64,000 nt of DNA from Candidatus Melainabacteria bacterium 17Bon1m (GCA_032128875.1 JAVLKG010000001.1:736001-800000), one strand, 5' to 3'; shown: positions 48,859 to 58,810, counted from the first letter of the stretch. Made by a program: numbers and translations. The notes: generated from the sequence alone by a model not told the origin.

Positions 48859-51546
48859 GTGAGCAGCAAGGCAGACTGGTCGGAACTACCCATAGTTTCC
48901 GCCATCTACTGCGCAGTGCTAGCCTATCTCGTTTCGCCCTTCTGGCTGAATAACCAAAGCCTCTACATTGCCGACGTTACTTACAATTTCGTTCCGGCTG
49001 GCAGATATATAGAACAAATTTTTCGGGATAGTGGCGGTTTCACTTTGATGAAGCCGATGTGGAATCCCTTTTTGCTATGTGGTGCTCCAGAAGTTTCTGT
49101 CGCGTGGCCGCTGGCGTACCTGCCCGGGTATGCAGCATGCTTGTTCAATTCCGCTCAGGGGCAAGCTTTTCTGATTTTCTTCCACCTGCTTGTCGCTGGT
49201 CTAGGTGGTTATATTTGGTTTTGGAAAAACGATGATCGCTCGTCGCTCGATTCGAATTTGATTGGGCGCAGCACGCCGCTGGTCAATGCGATAACAAGTC
49301 CGTCCGCGCTTTTTGGCTTCATGTTTATGCTTTGCGGTTACATGGTCGGCTCCAGTATCAATTTGTCTTTGATGTTTTCTGTCTGCTGGACACCGCTGGC
49401 GTTGTATTTGATAGATCGACTAGCTACCTCTCGAACATCCTTTCTCCCTCTAACAGGCTTACTGGCGTTGGTTTTAGCGCAGCAATTCGGCGCAGGAAGA
49501 CCGGAGATGTTCCTTGGGGAATGTGTTCTGTACGCTTGCTATGCCCTGCTCAAAATTGCAGAACACGCTCCGGATGAAACTCAAAGAAGTGCCGCCGGTC
49601 GTTTCATTGGCGGTCTTGTTGCGGCTCTGCTGCTGTCACTTTTGTTCAACGCTGCAAACATTTTGCCAATGATAGAGGCAGTGAAAAACTCGCCGCGTCT
49701 GCCGAAATTTGATCCAGCGGATGGACTAAATTGGAGTGCTGGTTGGTTCGAGTTTCTCGGAATCATTCTCATGCAACCGCTTGGCCAGCTGAATATGGCG
49801 CATTATTCGCTGTATCCAACTTATCCAAATTCAATGGCATATGTGACCAGTCTTTTCCTAGGGGCACCAGTATTGGTGCTTGCTTTTTTTGGAACCGGCG
49901 ATTCTTCGTGGAAGCAAAAGGGCTTCTGGCTGTGGATGATCTTTATTTTTACTCTGGTGTCGCTTGGTGAGTTCATCCCGATTTGGAAACCAATTTACGA
50001 GGCAATCCCTTCGGTAAACCTTTTGCGTTTTCCGGTAAAGATGACCGTCTTTGTAGAACTTGCGATCATCGCACTAGCCGCTCGCGGCTGGTCTTCTGTA
50101 ATAAGAGGCAGTGTCACGCGCAGTGATTTTAATGGTGGGGCTGTCTTCTGGGGCGTGTTGCTCGTTGTCAGTTTTGCCGTTCTTGCCAGTATGCTTCTCG
50201 GCAATATGCAGCCTCTAAGCGTAGTAATGGCAATGAGCTCCGGCTGCGATGACTTGAATATGGCGAAAGAGGCGGCGCTAAAACTGACTGCTCATGCGAC
50301 TATCGCTGGGTTGACCGGCTTTGCGACCTGTATTGCGCTGGCAAATTTGAAAGGGCGTTATGAGGGTTTGATCCGTTTTTGTCTGGTTTCTCTTATCGTT
50401 TCTTCTCTCGTTATAAACGGCACAAAGCATCTCTGGCACACAGTTGATGCGACTTTCTTTGAGGACAAGGCAAATGTGCTTTCTCTGATTAAGACTTCGC
50501 CATCGCCGTCATTATCATCATCATCATCTTCATCTTTTGAAGCGAACAATTTCAAGGTCTTATCACTCTTCCGCCACCCGATTGCAGTGCCGCAGAAGGT
50601 TCTGGAAGCACCGGAAGCGACCATGGAGAGGGACTTCATGGCTTATGCGAGATATATTCTGGCTCCGAATACAAACATAGACCGCCGGATACCAATGCTT
50701 AGCGGCATGTCTGTTCTGCCAGATTGGGCAACTGTCTTTATGGAGACTGGCATTTTGCCGCGCTCAATGATAAGGGCAGAACTCTCGCATGAAGCAGGGA
50801 AATCAGATGTGCCGCTGTACAAATGGTGTCAGGCAACGGCGACAAAATACATTCTCTGCCCGATTAATATGCAGTCTGAGGAAGACTTGAACGTGCGTGA
50901 GGCAAAAGGGCTCGACCCGCACTATTTCAAGGTTGCCGCTGAGGATAAGAAGTTGAATGTGCGTATCTATGAGGTTTCGCCGATAAGAAATCGTGTTCAG
51001 CTTTTTTCGCGCGCAAGTAAGGCAGAGTCTCGAATCGATGCTCTCAGGACTATCAATCGCTCTGATACCGAGCGCTATGATCCTCTTTCAGAGTGCATCC
51101 TGTGCGAACCTGATGCAGCGGGCATACTAAGTTTTGAGGCAAAAAGACCGGCGCTGGATGAAGATCTTTTCAATCAAGTATTGAACGGACAAATCGTAAA
51201 TCGCCCCGGAAGCGCGGAAATCAAGGCGGATTCCCATGAGAATGTTGTCGTTGAAGTCGATGCTGCTGTTCCTTCTGTTCTAGTTTTCGCAGATAGCTAC
51301 TACAGTGGTTGGACTGCGACCGACAACGGGGCTCCAGCCCATCTATTAATCGCGGATGGGTTAATGAAGTCAGTTTTGGTTAAGCCCGGCAAGCATCAAC
51401 TGGTTTTCCAGTTCACTCCGAAAGCCTATATCTACGGACTCTACATAGGCGCCGGCACTTTGGCTGCTCTCCTTGCTTTGATATTTCCTGCCTTACTGGT
51501 TGGCAACCTCAATCGCCGCCGCCAACGTGCGATAATTCAGAGCTGA
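48859..51546 (+). CDS. Polytopic membrane protein, YfhO-like / GT-C glycosyltransferase-like
   Basis: [10 protein letters not shown], many TM helices, and C-terminal '[14 protein letters not shown]....V.PGKH.L.F.F.P'. Confidence 0.8.
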   Translation: MSSKADWSELPIVSAIYCAVLAYLVSPFWLNNQSLYIADVTYNFVPAGRYIEQIFRDSGGFTLMKPMWNPFLLCGAPEVSVAWPLAYLPGYAACLFNSAQGQAFLIFFHLLVAGLGGYIWFWKNDDRSSLDSNLIGRSTPLVNAITSPSALFGFMFMLCGYMVGSSINLSLMFSVCWTPLALYLIDRLATSRTSFLPLTGLLALVLAQQFGAGRPEMFLGECVLYACYALLKIAEHAPDETQRSAAGRFIGGLVAALLLSLLFNAANILPMIEAVKNSPRLPKFDPADGLNWSAGWFEFLGIILMQPLGQLNMAHYSLYPTYPNSMAYVTSLFLGAPVLVLAFFGTGDSSWKQKGFWLWMIFIFTLVSLGEFIPIWKPIYEAIPSVNLLRFPVKMTVFVELAIIALAARGWSSVIRGSVTRSDFNGGAVFWGVLLVVSFAVLASMLLGNMQPLSVVMAMSSGCDDLNMAKEAALKLTAHATIAGLTGFATCIALANLKGRYEGLIRFCLVSLIVSSLVINGTKHLWHTVDATFFEDKANVLSLIKTSPSPSLSSSSSSSFEANNFKVLSLFRHPIAVPQKVLEAPEATMERDFMAYARYILAPNTNIDRRIPMLSGMSVLPDWATVFMETGILPRSMIRAELSHEAGKSDVPLYKWCQATATKYILCPINMQSEEDLNVREAKGLDPHYFKVAAEDKKLNVRIYEVSPIRNRVQLFSRASKAESRIDALRTINRSDTERYDPLSECILCEPDAAGILSFEAKRPALDEDLFNQVLNGQIVNRPGSAEIKADSHENVVVEVDAAVPSVLVFADSYYSGWTATDNGAPAHLLIADGLMKSVLVKPGKHQLVFQFTPKAYIYGLYIGAGTLAALLALIFPALLVGNLNRRRQRAIIQS

Positions 51547-52829
51547 TGCAAAAGTTGATGACACAGCCGCTTGCAGACAGAATGCGCCCGCGCTCACTCG
51601 ATGAGGTCGTGGGGCAGGTAAAGCTGCTCTCAGAAGAAGGGATTCTTCGCCAGATGGTGGAATCCGGGCGGTTGTCGTCTTTTATTCTATGGGGACCGCC
51701 TGGGGTCGGAAAGACAACCCTTGCGCGCATGGTCGCTTCTACGACCGACAGCAAGTTTGTCGCATTCTCCGCAGTTGTTTCCGGCATCAAAGAAATCAAA
51801 GCGCTAATGGCGGAAGCCGAAGCGTTTATGAATATAGAAGCTCGTCAGACTGTGCTGTTCGTCGATGAGATTCATCGCTTCAACAAAGCTCAGCAGGACG
51901 CATTTTTGCCGTATGTTGAAAGCGGTGTGATCGTGTTGGTCGGCGCGACCACCGAGAACCCATCATTCGAGATCAATTCGGCACTACTTTCCCGGCTGAA
52001 AGTTCTTGTGCTTGAAGAGTTAAGCAACGAGCAGTTGGTCACAATCATGAAGCGCGCACTCACTGATGAAGAGCGCGGTTTGGGTAAAGAGGGCGTGAGT
52101 ATTTCGGATGAAAAACTCTCGCTAATCGGCATGTATGCGTCGGGTGATGCGCGCACGACTCTAAACACTTTAGAGCTGGCCGTTATGATGGCGAAGCGCA
52201 GAAAAGCTGATGAAGTCAGCGATTCAGACTTGAAGAGCGCAATTCAGCAGAGCATGTTGCGCTACGACAAGAATGGAGAGAATCACTTTAATTTGATATC
52301 CGCATTGCATAAGTCGATGCGCAACTCCGATGTCGATGCCAGTTTGTATTGGCTTGCACGAATGCTGGAGGCGGGTGAAGACCCGATGTACGTGGCGCGG
52401 CGAGTAGTTCGCTTTGCCTCGGAAGACGTCGGATTGGCGGCTCCCCAGGGTATGACACAAGCAGTTGCTGCGATGCAAGCAGTGCAGCTAATTGGAATGC
52501 CTGAGGCAAGTACGGCTCTCGCGCAAGCAGTTGTTTATCTTGCGTTGGCTCCGAAATCTAACGCGGTATATCGCGCGTATGGCGATGCCAAATCGGATGT
52601 GATGAACCACGAGCAGTATCCGGTGCCGTTGCATCTGCGCAATGCGCCGACGAAGTTGATGAAGGATATCGGTTATTCGAAAGGCTATCAGTACGCGCAT
52701 GATTTCGAGGGCGGGAAAGCGGCGGAGATGAACTGCTTGCCGGATCAATTGAAGGGACGTAAGTACTACAGTCCTACAGTTCGCGGCTTCGAAGGCAAAC
52801 TCAAGAAAGCGCTAGACGCAAAGTCATGA
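51546..52829 (+). CDS. rarA: Replication-associated recombination protein A (MgsA)
   Basis: [37 protein letters not shown] and GYQYAHD. Confidence 0.97.
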   Translation: MQKLMTQPLADRMRPRSLDEVVGQVKLLSEEGILRQMVESGRLSSFILWGPPGVGKTTLARMVASTTDSKFVAFSAVVSGIKEIKALMAEAEAFMNIEARQTVLFVDEIHRFNKAQQDAFLPYVESGVIVLVGATTENPSFEINSALLSRLKVLVLEELSNEQLVTIMKRALTDEERGLGKEGVSISDEKLSLIGMYASGDARTTLNTLELAVMMAKRRKADEVSDSDLKSAIQQSMLRYDKNGENHFNLISALHKSMRNSDVDASLYWLARMLEAGEDPMYVARRVVRFASEDVGLAAPQGMTQAVAAMQAVQLIGMPEASTALAQAVVYLALAPKSNAVYRAYGDAKSDVMNHEQYPVPLHLRNAPTKLMKDIGYSKGYQYAHDFEGGKAAEMNCLPDQLKGRKYYSPTVRGFEGKLKKALDAKS

Positions 52830-52835
52830 TCTAAG

Positions 52836-52929
52836 GTAGGTCGACGTCATGCGTCGACCATTACAAAAGTGCGGTCGACGCATGACGCGACCCTGCAGAA
52901 AAAGGGCGCGTGCAACGCGCCCCCACGAT
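52836..52929. repeat. REP cluster: one REP plus an inverted copy of the composite unit
   Basis: GTAGGTCGACGTCATGCGTCGACC, then 52873-52929 is the reverse complement of a close variant of the unit at 28634. Confidence 0.85.
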
Positions 52930-52940
52930 CAAATAAATGG

Positions 52941-52966
52941 AAAAGGCGGCTGCTTTCGCAACCGCC
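52941..52966 (-). terminator. Rho-independent terminator for the minus-strand gene 53031..53639
   Basis: Minus-strand GGCGGTTGC-GAAA-GCAGCCGCC-TTTT. Confidence 0.65.
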
Positions 52967-53030
52967 CATCCGAGCCAAGCCAACTTATGTTACCGGGGAT
53001 ACCTTTTGCTGCAGTTTCCGGGACACCGGG

Positions 53031-53639
53031 TTACCGAACTTTGAACATATTAAGCAGTGGGCTATACCACTTGCGTGCTTTGAGCGTTTCAACGTCAGCT
53101 TTTGCTTCGTTGAGCAATCTTGAGAGTCTTGCGTTTTCTAACTCGTTGACGTTAGCGATGTCTTCGAGATAATCGCGCTCGACTTTCAATTTAGACAAAG
53201 CTGTCATCAAATACTTGCGCTCTGTCACTGCTGCATCGCGCTCGCATTCTTTGCTCTTAAACTCTCTAAGCTCTCGCTCCATTGCCGGCATCTTGCTGAG
53301 CTGCCAGTACTGATTGACTACAATCTGCTTGATTTGAGCATTCTCTTCGAGCGTTTCTTGTAGCTTTTGCAGTAAAGCAATTACACGACGTTGTAAATAG
53401 GCATTCTCTTCATTAGCCTTAGCGAGTATTTGCTGTTCGCGATACTTCTGGACCATTTCCAGAACTTGTCGACGAATGCGTTTTTCTCGGGCTAGTTTGG
53501 CGCGGTTGTCCTCTCCGTCTGCCACCACCTCTGATGCCCACTTGAATATGTGGTCGAGACCTTCAAGTCCGACGGCCTCCTGGTGTGCATCTGGAGCTAC
53601 AGGGAATTGTTGTACGGCGTTAGATTGCTGAATGGTCAC
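53031..53639 (-). CDS. Hypothetical coiled-coil protein
   Basis: Strong RBS; E/K/R/L-rich heptads; amphipathic C-terminus RKWYSPLLNMFK. Confidence 0.8.
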   Translation of the reverse strand: MTIQQSNAVQQFPVAPDAHQEAVGLEGLDHIFKWASEVVADGEDNRAKLAREKRIRRQVLEMVQKYREQQILAKANEENAYLQRRVIALLQKLQETLEENAQIKQIVVNQYWQLSKMPAMERELREFKSKECERDAAVTERKYLMTALSKLKVERDYLEDIANVNELENARLSRLLNEAKADVETLKARKWYSPLLNMFKVR

Positions 53640-53847
53640 GTGCTCCCCCCTTTCTCGTTAATATCATACCGATAAAAGATCCGTTTGTGCAAAAGAATTT
53701 TTGCCACCATGGGTAGAGCTGCCACCGCATGTGAAACTAGGGTCATATCTGGTGGCTGATACCATATGCGGAGTGATCAGATCTTGACTACCACTTGCCT
53801 GATCTGCGCACACATTGACGCTTTTGGATGTCTTTTGAAAATAGATT

Positions 53848-54531
53848 CTAGTTATCGATCGCGTGGTGCTCTCCAGCGACAAATTCCAAAAGCCTGGCAA
53901 ATTTGTCCAGACTTTCCAAAATCGCTGAGACTTTTGCCGGGGACTTGCCTGTATCGTCTGCATCGATAATCAGCGCGCTGACTTTGTTTTCGCCTACTGT
54001 AAGACTGCACGCTCCTGATCTTTCGAAGAGTTCGATCAGGTTTCGCACTGTTTCTGGTTCCTCGAAAATGAAGCCTGCTTTTTCCTTCTGTCTTGATTCG
54101 AGTGATAGTCCGTTTGAATTCAGTAGTGCTACCGAAACAAGGTCAGTGCCTGCCTGTTGCTGTGGATCTAGTTTAAAGATCTTGAATTCGATCTCGCATT
54201 CGCATTGCACGCTGATCAGAAGATCTTCTTGCGCAGAGTTTGCGCTGTTAGCGACGCCGCTGCGAACTTGGTCTAGAGACGTCCGCTCGTGCTGATATCG
54301 GATCGTGCTTGGTCTGTCATTGATTTCACCTGCAACGATCAACGTGTGGGGATTGTCGGAAGCTAGAAGTTCCATATCAAGTTCTTCTGCGAGCTTAGAG
54401 GCCTTTGCTCGGCGAATATTTGTAGACGTTTTATAGGCGGCCGCACAAAGAACTGCGACGACAATGATGCCGCCAAATAAAAAAGTGTAGTGAATCGCGT
54501 CCACTCGTTCCAAACCAAGCTGCAAATACAT
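53848..54531 (-). CDS. Hypothetical membrane-anchored protein
   Basis: One N-terminal TM helix followed by a soluble alpha/beta region. Confidence 0.7.
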   Translation of the reverse strand: MYLQLGLERVDAIHYTFLFGGIIVVAVLCAAAYKTSTNIRRAKASKLAEELDMELLASDNPHTLIVAGEINDRPSTIRYQHERTSLDQVRSGVANSANSAQEDLLISVQCECEIEFKIFKLDPQQQAGTDLVSVALLNSNGLSLESRQKEKAGFIFEEPETVRNLIELFERSGACSLTVGENKVSALIIDADDTGKSPAKVSAILESLDKFARLLEFVAGEHHAIDN

Positions 54532-54711
54532 GTCTGACAGTATTAGGGTGGGCAGCAGGCGTCAAGCTTGCTTTTCTTATTTGGCTGAAAAAGTGTCAGG
54601 GGTGAGCTTTCGGGCTCTTCCCGGGTGGTCCGAAATTCTCTGGCTCTTCCTCAATGGCTGCTTGACAGCCGGGCTTCCCTCCTCAATCCGTTCCTTTTAT
54701 ATAGGCGTTTT

Positions 54712-54793
54712 ATCCGCAGCCGGCTTTCGGCGGTCTTAGTGGGAGAAACCGCATCGCTGTGCGTAAGACCACCAACGACAGGCAGGGGCGGAT
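54712..54793 (+). promoter_or_regulatory. Candidate structured leader of the exported-protein/pilin locus
   Basis: Nested pairings ATCCGC/GCGGAT and GGTCTTA/TAAGACC, plus internal GCCG-GCTTT-CGGC and GTGG-GAGAAA-CCGC hairpins. Confidence 0.4.
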
Positions 54794-54907
54794 TTTCGTA
54801 CATTAAGCGTAAGTTTGAATAGCCAGGTGCAGTGTCATCAGTTGTGCCGCAGCCCTGAAAACCAGACCCAGTCCCAAAAGACAACCGAGCGTAGCTCCAA
54901 AAGACCA

Positions 54908-55690
54908 ATGAAAACGATGAACATCACAAGCAATGCGACAACGAGAAAGGCGACGAAATGCCTCACAGCCGCTGCTTTTGCTGTCTTTGTCTCGGTTGGT
55001 TTGGCTACTGCCGCTCAAGCGCAGATTGATACTCTGCGCAATCCGACCATTCCTGGAGCCATGTACTCCTCGCCTTATACCTGCCCACCTGAAGGCTGCC
55101 CGCCTCCCCCCGGAGCCGGCTCTGCACCACCTCCTGTGACGCAAGGACATTACGGCGCGCCTGAGTCCATGCCCTGGGTGAGAAACATTCCCGCCACTCA
55201 AATTGACCAATCCAATTCATATGTAGGGCTTCCTTCGAACCAAACGTTGGCTGCTCCTTATACTCTGGGTTCGCAATTGCAAGTCCCACACCCGCCATCC
55301 ACGCCTGGCGGCGACTACGGTCAAATACCAGGACCGGCAAACTTCTACGCTCCCCCTGCCGCTCTTGTCAATATTTGCCCGCAAGGCGGAATGCCTGGAG
55401 ATCAAGCTCCAATCCAGAGATGGGGCGGACAAACAACTAGAGACCTCGGTCTTCCTAGATGCCACGGCTCGCAACTCACCGATTTCGGCGACAAGCTCAG
55501 CCAAAAACCAAATTTATGCGCACAGCCACAATCATCCCAAGATGGACCGCGCCCGCAAGGTCAAGGTCTTATGGGTGGTGGATCTGTACGCGCGTCCATT
55601 GGGGGCGCGCAAGCCGCAACCGACCTGCACGGCAATCGCACGCTGTTCAGAGGTCAAACCCGTTCACGCCTAACAATCGCTCCTTATTAA
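54908..55690 (+). CDS. Exported Pro/Gly-rich protein, paralog A
   Basis: Signal peptide ending AAQA-Q; CPPEG, PVT.GH, PWV and QIDQ motifs shared with the next gene. Confidence 0.8.
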   Translation: MKTMNITSNATTRKATKCLTAAAFAVFVSVGLATAAQAQIDTLRNPTIPGAMYSSPYTCPPEGCPPPPGAGSAPPPVTQGHYGAPESMPWVRNIPATQIDQSNSYVGLPSNQTLAAPYTLGSQLQVPHPPSTPGGDYGQIPGPANFYAPPAALVNICPQGGMPGDQAPIQRWGGQTTRDLGLPRCHGSQLTDFGDKLSQKPNLCAQPQSSQDGPRPQGQGLMGGGSVRASIGGAQAATDLHGNRTLFRGQTRSRLTIAPY

Positions 55691-55717
55691 ATGAAGGCTT
55701 TCAGGAGGCCACACGCC

Positions 55718-56689
55718 ATGCTTAATTCGAGGACATTAAAAGCAGTAATCGCAGCAGCAGCGCTGTGCTCACTGAATGTTCCTGTGTTTGCACAGGGAAC
55801 GACCACGCTACGGACACCACTCATACCGGGAGCGATTCCTTCGCCACCCTTTGTATGTCCGCCAGAAGGACAGCCGCCAGCGGTTGGTGATGGACCGACT
55901 TCTGCTCCAGTGACCCCAGGTCACTTGAACTCACCGGAACTGCTTCCGTGGGTACCGGCAATTCCTTCTAACCAAATCGACCAAGGTTCGTCCGGCGTCC
56001 CGCTTCCTTTTGGACCGCCCGTCGAAATGCCGCCTGGCGTTCTCGGACCGGCATTGACTCCTTTTATACCTAAGACACCGTCTACCCCCGGGGCTGACCC
56101 AGGGTCGATGACGGCACCGATGGGATTCATCAATCCTGCCGATCAAATGAATATCATCCCGACTGGAGGACTTCCGGGAACAGGTGGTTACAACACAACT
56201 ATCAATAAGATTCGCCGCGGCGGACAAGAAACCCACCAATGGGGTATCCGTGAAAACCAATCAGTATTAGGTGGCGGCGGACCGACCCAAGACATCATCA
56301 CTGAGTTCGGCTCCCTGGCCGGCTGGGGTATGCCATACGGCGTGCCTACCGGCAACGGATACAACAAGGGACCTGCCGGTTACAACGATAGTTTGAGAAC
56401 CAGCGCCATTGAATTGGGCGGCGGTCAGCGCTTCAAAGTTGGAGATTGCAAAATCCCAACCGGATCCACCCTTCTCGACTACGGCACATCTGCCACACGT
56501 ATGAATGGAATCGGGGCTCTCAACGCCTGGCAATCGACTGAATTCGGTCAAGGCTTCCGCCGTATGCCGCTATACAGCTCGAAAACCACTGATTTTGGCT
56601 ACCCCTACACGATCTTTGATCCAGCCAATATCAACTATCAAAAAACTGGTCAACACCAACTGCCTACAGCAATTGAGACGAATTTCTAG
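55718..56689 (+). CDS. Exported Pro/Gly-rich protein, paralog B
   Basis: AGGAGG RBS, signal peptide ending VFA-Q; repeated T[DE]FG-like motifs. Confidence 0.82.
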   Translation: MLNSRTLKAVIAAAALCSLNVPVFAQGTTTLRTPLIPGAIPSPPFVCPPEGQPPAVGDGPTSAPVTPGHLNSPELLPWVPAIPSNQIDQGSSGVPLPFGPPVEMPPGVLGPALTPFIPKTPSTPGADPGSMTAPMGFINPADQMNIIPTGGLPGTGGYNTTINKIRRGGQETHQWGIRENQSVLGGGGPTQDIITEFGSLAGWGMPYGVPTGNGYNKGPAGYNDSLRTSAIELGGGQRFKVGDCKIPTGSTLLDYGTSATRMNGIGALNAWQSTEFGQGFRRMPLYSSKTTDFGYPYTIFDPANINYQKTGQHQLPTAIETNF

Positions 56690-56705
56690 CCAAAAGCTGG
56701 AAAAA

Positions 56706-56740
56706 GGGGGGGATCTTCCCATGATGGTGGGAAATCCCCC
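56706..56740. other. Intergenic hairpin
   Basis: GGGGGAT.TTCCCA-TGATGG-TGGGAA.ATCCCCC between paralog B and the Q-rich gene. Confidence 0.55.
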
Positions 56741-56839
56741 GATTTCAAAACCCCCGACGATTCCCTAATATGAGCACATCAGGCAACCACATGGTTTCCG
56801 AACCGCACAGTTTCCCTTCTATAAGACCGAACCAAGAAA

Positions 56840-57601
56840 ATGAAAGCAGTCGACACCACCAAACAAATCGCCAAGGAAGCAGCTACTAAGCTTGCAATTT
56901 CCTTGACCGTTGTTTCGGTAGTCGCGCTTTCAACCTCGCCAGTAATGGCTCAAGGTTTGCAAGGCGGTCAAATGGAACAGCTCTCTCAAATGAGCGGACT
57001 GGGCGCAGACCAAGAATCACTTCTGCCACCGGAAGTGGTGCCAATGGATTCGCAAGCAGCTCAACAGCTCTCGCAATCCCAAGCACAAGCAAGACAGATG
57101 GGTGGCTACGATGCAGTTCAACCGGGTGCCACGCCGATGAACGCTCGCAACAACAGACAAGATGCATTCAACGCTCTTATGGGCCGCGAAGATCTCAGTC
57201 AACAAATGAATCCGGCACAATTCCAGCCGATGAACGGAGCACAAATGGACCAGTACGCACCTGGTCAGCTCCTGCCCCAAGCTCAAAACCAAGCCGGTCA
57301 ACAGTTCAACCAACAACTAGCTCAACAACAACAGCAAATGGGCGTAACCGCCTGGCAGCAACCAGGACAAAACGGAAATTCCTTCCCAGCCCAAAATCAA
57401 ACGCTCGCCGGAAAAGTCAAAAAAGCACCTGTTAAAGGTCTCGCACGAACCGGCTTAGCTCACACTCTTACCGGCTTAGCCGCCTTCGGCGCCGGCGCCT
57501 ACACCATGTCCTTGATGAGAAGCCCCGCGATGCTCTACTCCGGCGGAATGATGGGATTCGGACTCGGCAATTACGCACTACGCAACGGTTTCAGGTTTTA
57601 A
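56840..57601 (+). CDS. Exported Gln-rich protein with C-terminal Gly-rich hydrophobic hairpin
   Basis: Signal peptide ending VMA-Q, Q/G/M-rich body, and C-terminal TLTGLAAFGAGAY...GGMMGFGLGNYAL. Confidence 0.8.
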   Translation: MKAVDTTKQIAKEAATKLAISLTVVSVVALSTSPVMAQGLQGGQMEQLSQMSGLGADQESLLPPEVVPMDSQAAQQLSQSQAQARQMGGYDAVQPGATPMNARNNRQDAFNALMGREDLSQQMNPAQFQPMNGAQMDQYAPGQLLPQAQNQAGQQFNQQLAQQQQQMGVTAWQQPGQNGNSFPAQNQTLAGKVKKAPVKGLARTGLAHTLTGLAAFGAGAYTMSLMRSPAMLYSGGMMGFGLGNYALRNGFRF

Positions 57602-57616
57602 ACCAAGGTGATTACG

Positions 57617-58321
57617 ATGAACGCCAAATTCGCAATACTCTCAACCACGATCGCAATCATCGCCGCTTCGAGCACGGTACTGCCAGCTCAAGCTCAGCAC
57701 AGAGATCGCGGAGCAAGATTTGATTTCGCTCCTCAGATTTACAAACTCGAAGAATCAAAAGTTCCTCCAGGTTACGGCGCACCGCCGCCTAGTAATCATT
57801 CTGTTAAGCACGCCAGCATGCCCTCGAGAAGTTCCCTGCTCGGAATCGATCCAGCAATGCTTGCAGCTGCCCGTCCAGTACAACGCGGTCCCCGCGTAGC
57901 ACCGATTGCAGCAACGACAGTAGCTGCTTCGCCGAGCTGGACAAATGCGGTTCCGTTCTTGAATCCATTCGCTCCAGTAGCGAACAAGGGTCAATTCGGT
58001 CAACCACTCAACCCGAATGTTCCGCCTGTAGTGGCTTCATTGCCTCCGCAAGCGAGCAAAGCCCAACCGAGGACGATTGCTCCGTCTTCAAACACCAGCC
58101 TCTCGGGCAAAATCAACCCCCGACGCTCATCTACTGCAGTTGCCGCTCGTCGCGTACCGCGTGCGAACGCCTTGGCTGCAAAACAAGGAGCTCCTATCCA
58201 GAGCTACGGCAACAATTTCGGCTACACAGCCGGTTCGACAGCCCCAGTGGGCAGCGGTGCTAGCACCAGCGTAACCGGAAATGTATATGGTCGAGTCCTG
58301 TACAAATCAACAAAGCATTAA
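57617..58321 (+). CDS. Exported Pro/Ala/Ser-rich protein
   Basis: Signal peptide ending LPAQA-Q; similar architecture to 43277..43906. Confidence 0.8.
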   Translation: MNAKFAILSTTIAIIAASSTVLPAQAQHRDRGARFDFAPQIYKLEESKVPPGYGAPPPSNHSVKHASMPSRSSLLGIDPAMLAAARPVQRGPRVAPIAATTVAASPSWTNAVPFLNPFAPVANKGQFGQPLNPNVPPVVASLPPQASKAQPRTIAPSSNTSLSGKINPRRSSTAVAARRVPRANALAAKQGAPIQSYGNNFGYTAGSTAPVGSGASTSVTGNVYGRVLYKSTKH

Positions 58322-58378
58322 TTCAGACGCCACGGTCAACACAACATCTCAACGAAAAACCTAATGGAGGGTAATTCA

Positions 58379-58810
58379 ATGGCAACCACTATCAAATCAC
58401 TGGCGAAGAAAGTAGCTTCTTCCCGTCACTTCAAAGTTGCCTCACGCGTGGGCTTCCTCCTGGCTCCTCAACTGGTCCTTATGGCTATTGGTGTATATGA
58501 CCAAGCAGCTCATGCACAAGGCTTGGTTGGAGCTCCGGTCGATCCCCGTTACGGGCAATCAAATGAAGTAGGTCAATTGGCAGACTTCGGTTATGACACC
58601 GCTCGCGACATCTCCCGTGTAGTTACCGCACTTTCAACAGTTCCTTCCTCGATGGCTGGAATGAAGATCGCCTTCGGTCAACGTGACGGTGGTGAATCCG
58701 CGATGAACGTAGCCAAAGGTCTGGGCATCGGATTCGGCGGACCGACAGCGGTTCACTTGATCGGTACCTTCGCTATCAACAACTTCGGCGGTCTCGGCGG
58801 CGGTCTCTAA
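58379..58810 (+). CDS. TrbC/VirB2-like pilin precursor
   Basis: GGAGG RBS; long basic leader ending AAHA-Q; core 'AGMKIAFG..DGG....VAKGLGIGFGGPTAVHLI' matches the VirB2/TrbC two-helix pattern (recognised by eye). Confidence 0.6.
   Translation: MATTIKSLAKKVASSRHFKVASRVGFLLAPQLVLMAIGVYDQAAHAQGLVGAPVDPRYGQSNEVGQLADFGYDTARDISRVVTALSTVPSSMAGMKIAFGQRDGGESAMNVAKGLGIGFGGPTAVHLIGTFAINNFGGLGGGL

Noticed and set aside
50501-50535. TCA/TCG microsatellite-like run
   Set aside because: In-frame Ser/Pro linker codons within the YfhO-like gene; no frameshifting potential.
54532-54907. Left border of an integrative element (att site or tRNA)
   Set aside because: No tRNA, integrase or direct repeat was seen; mobility cannot be supported from this window.
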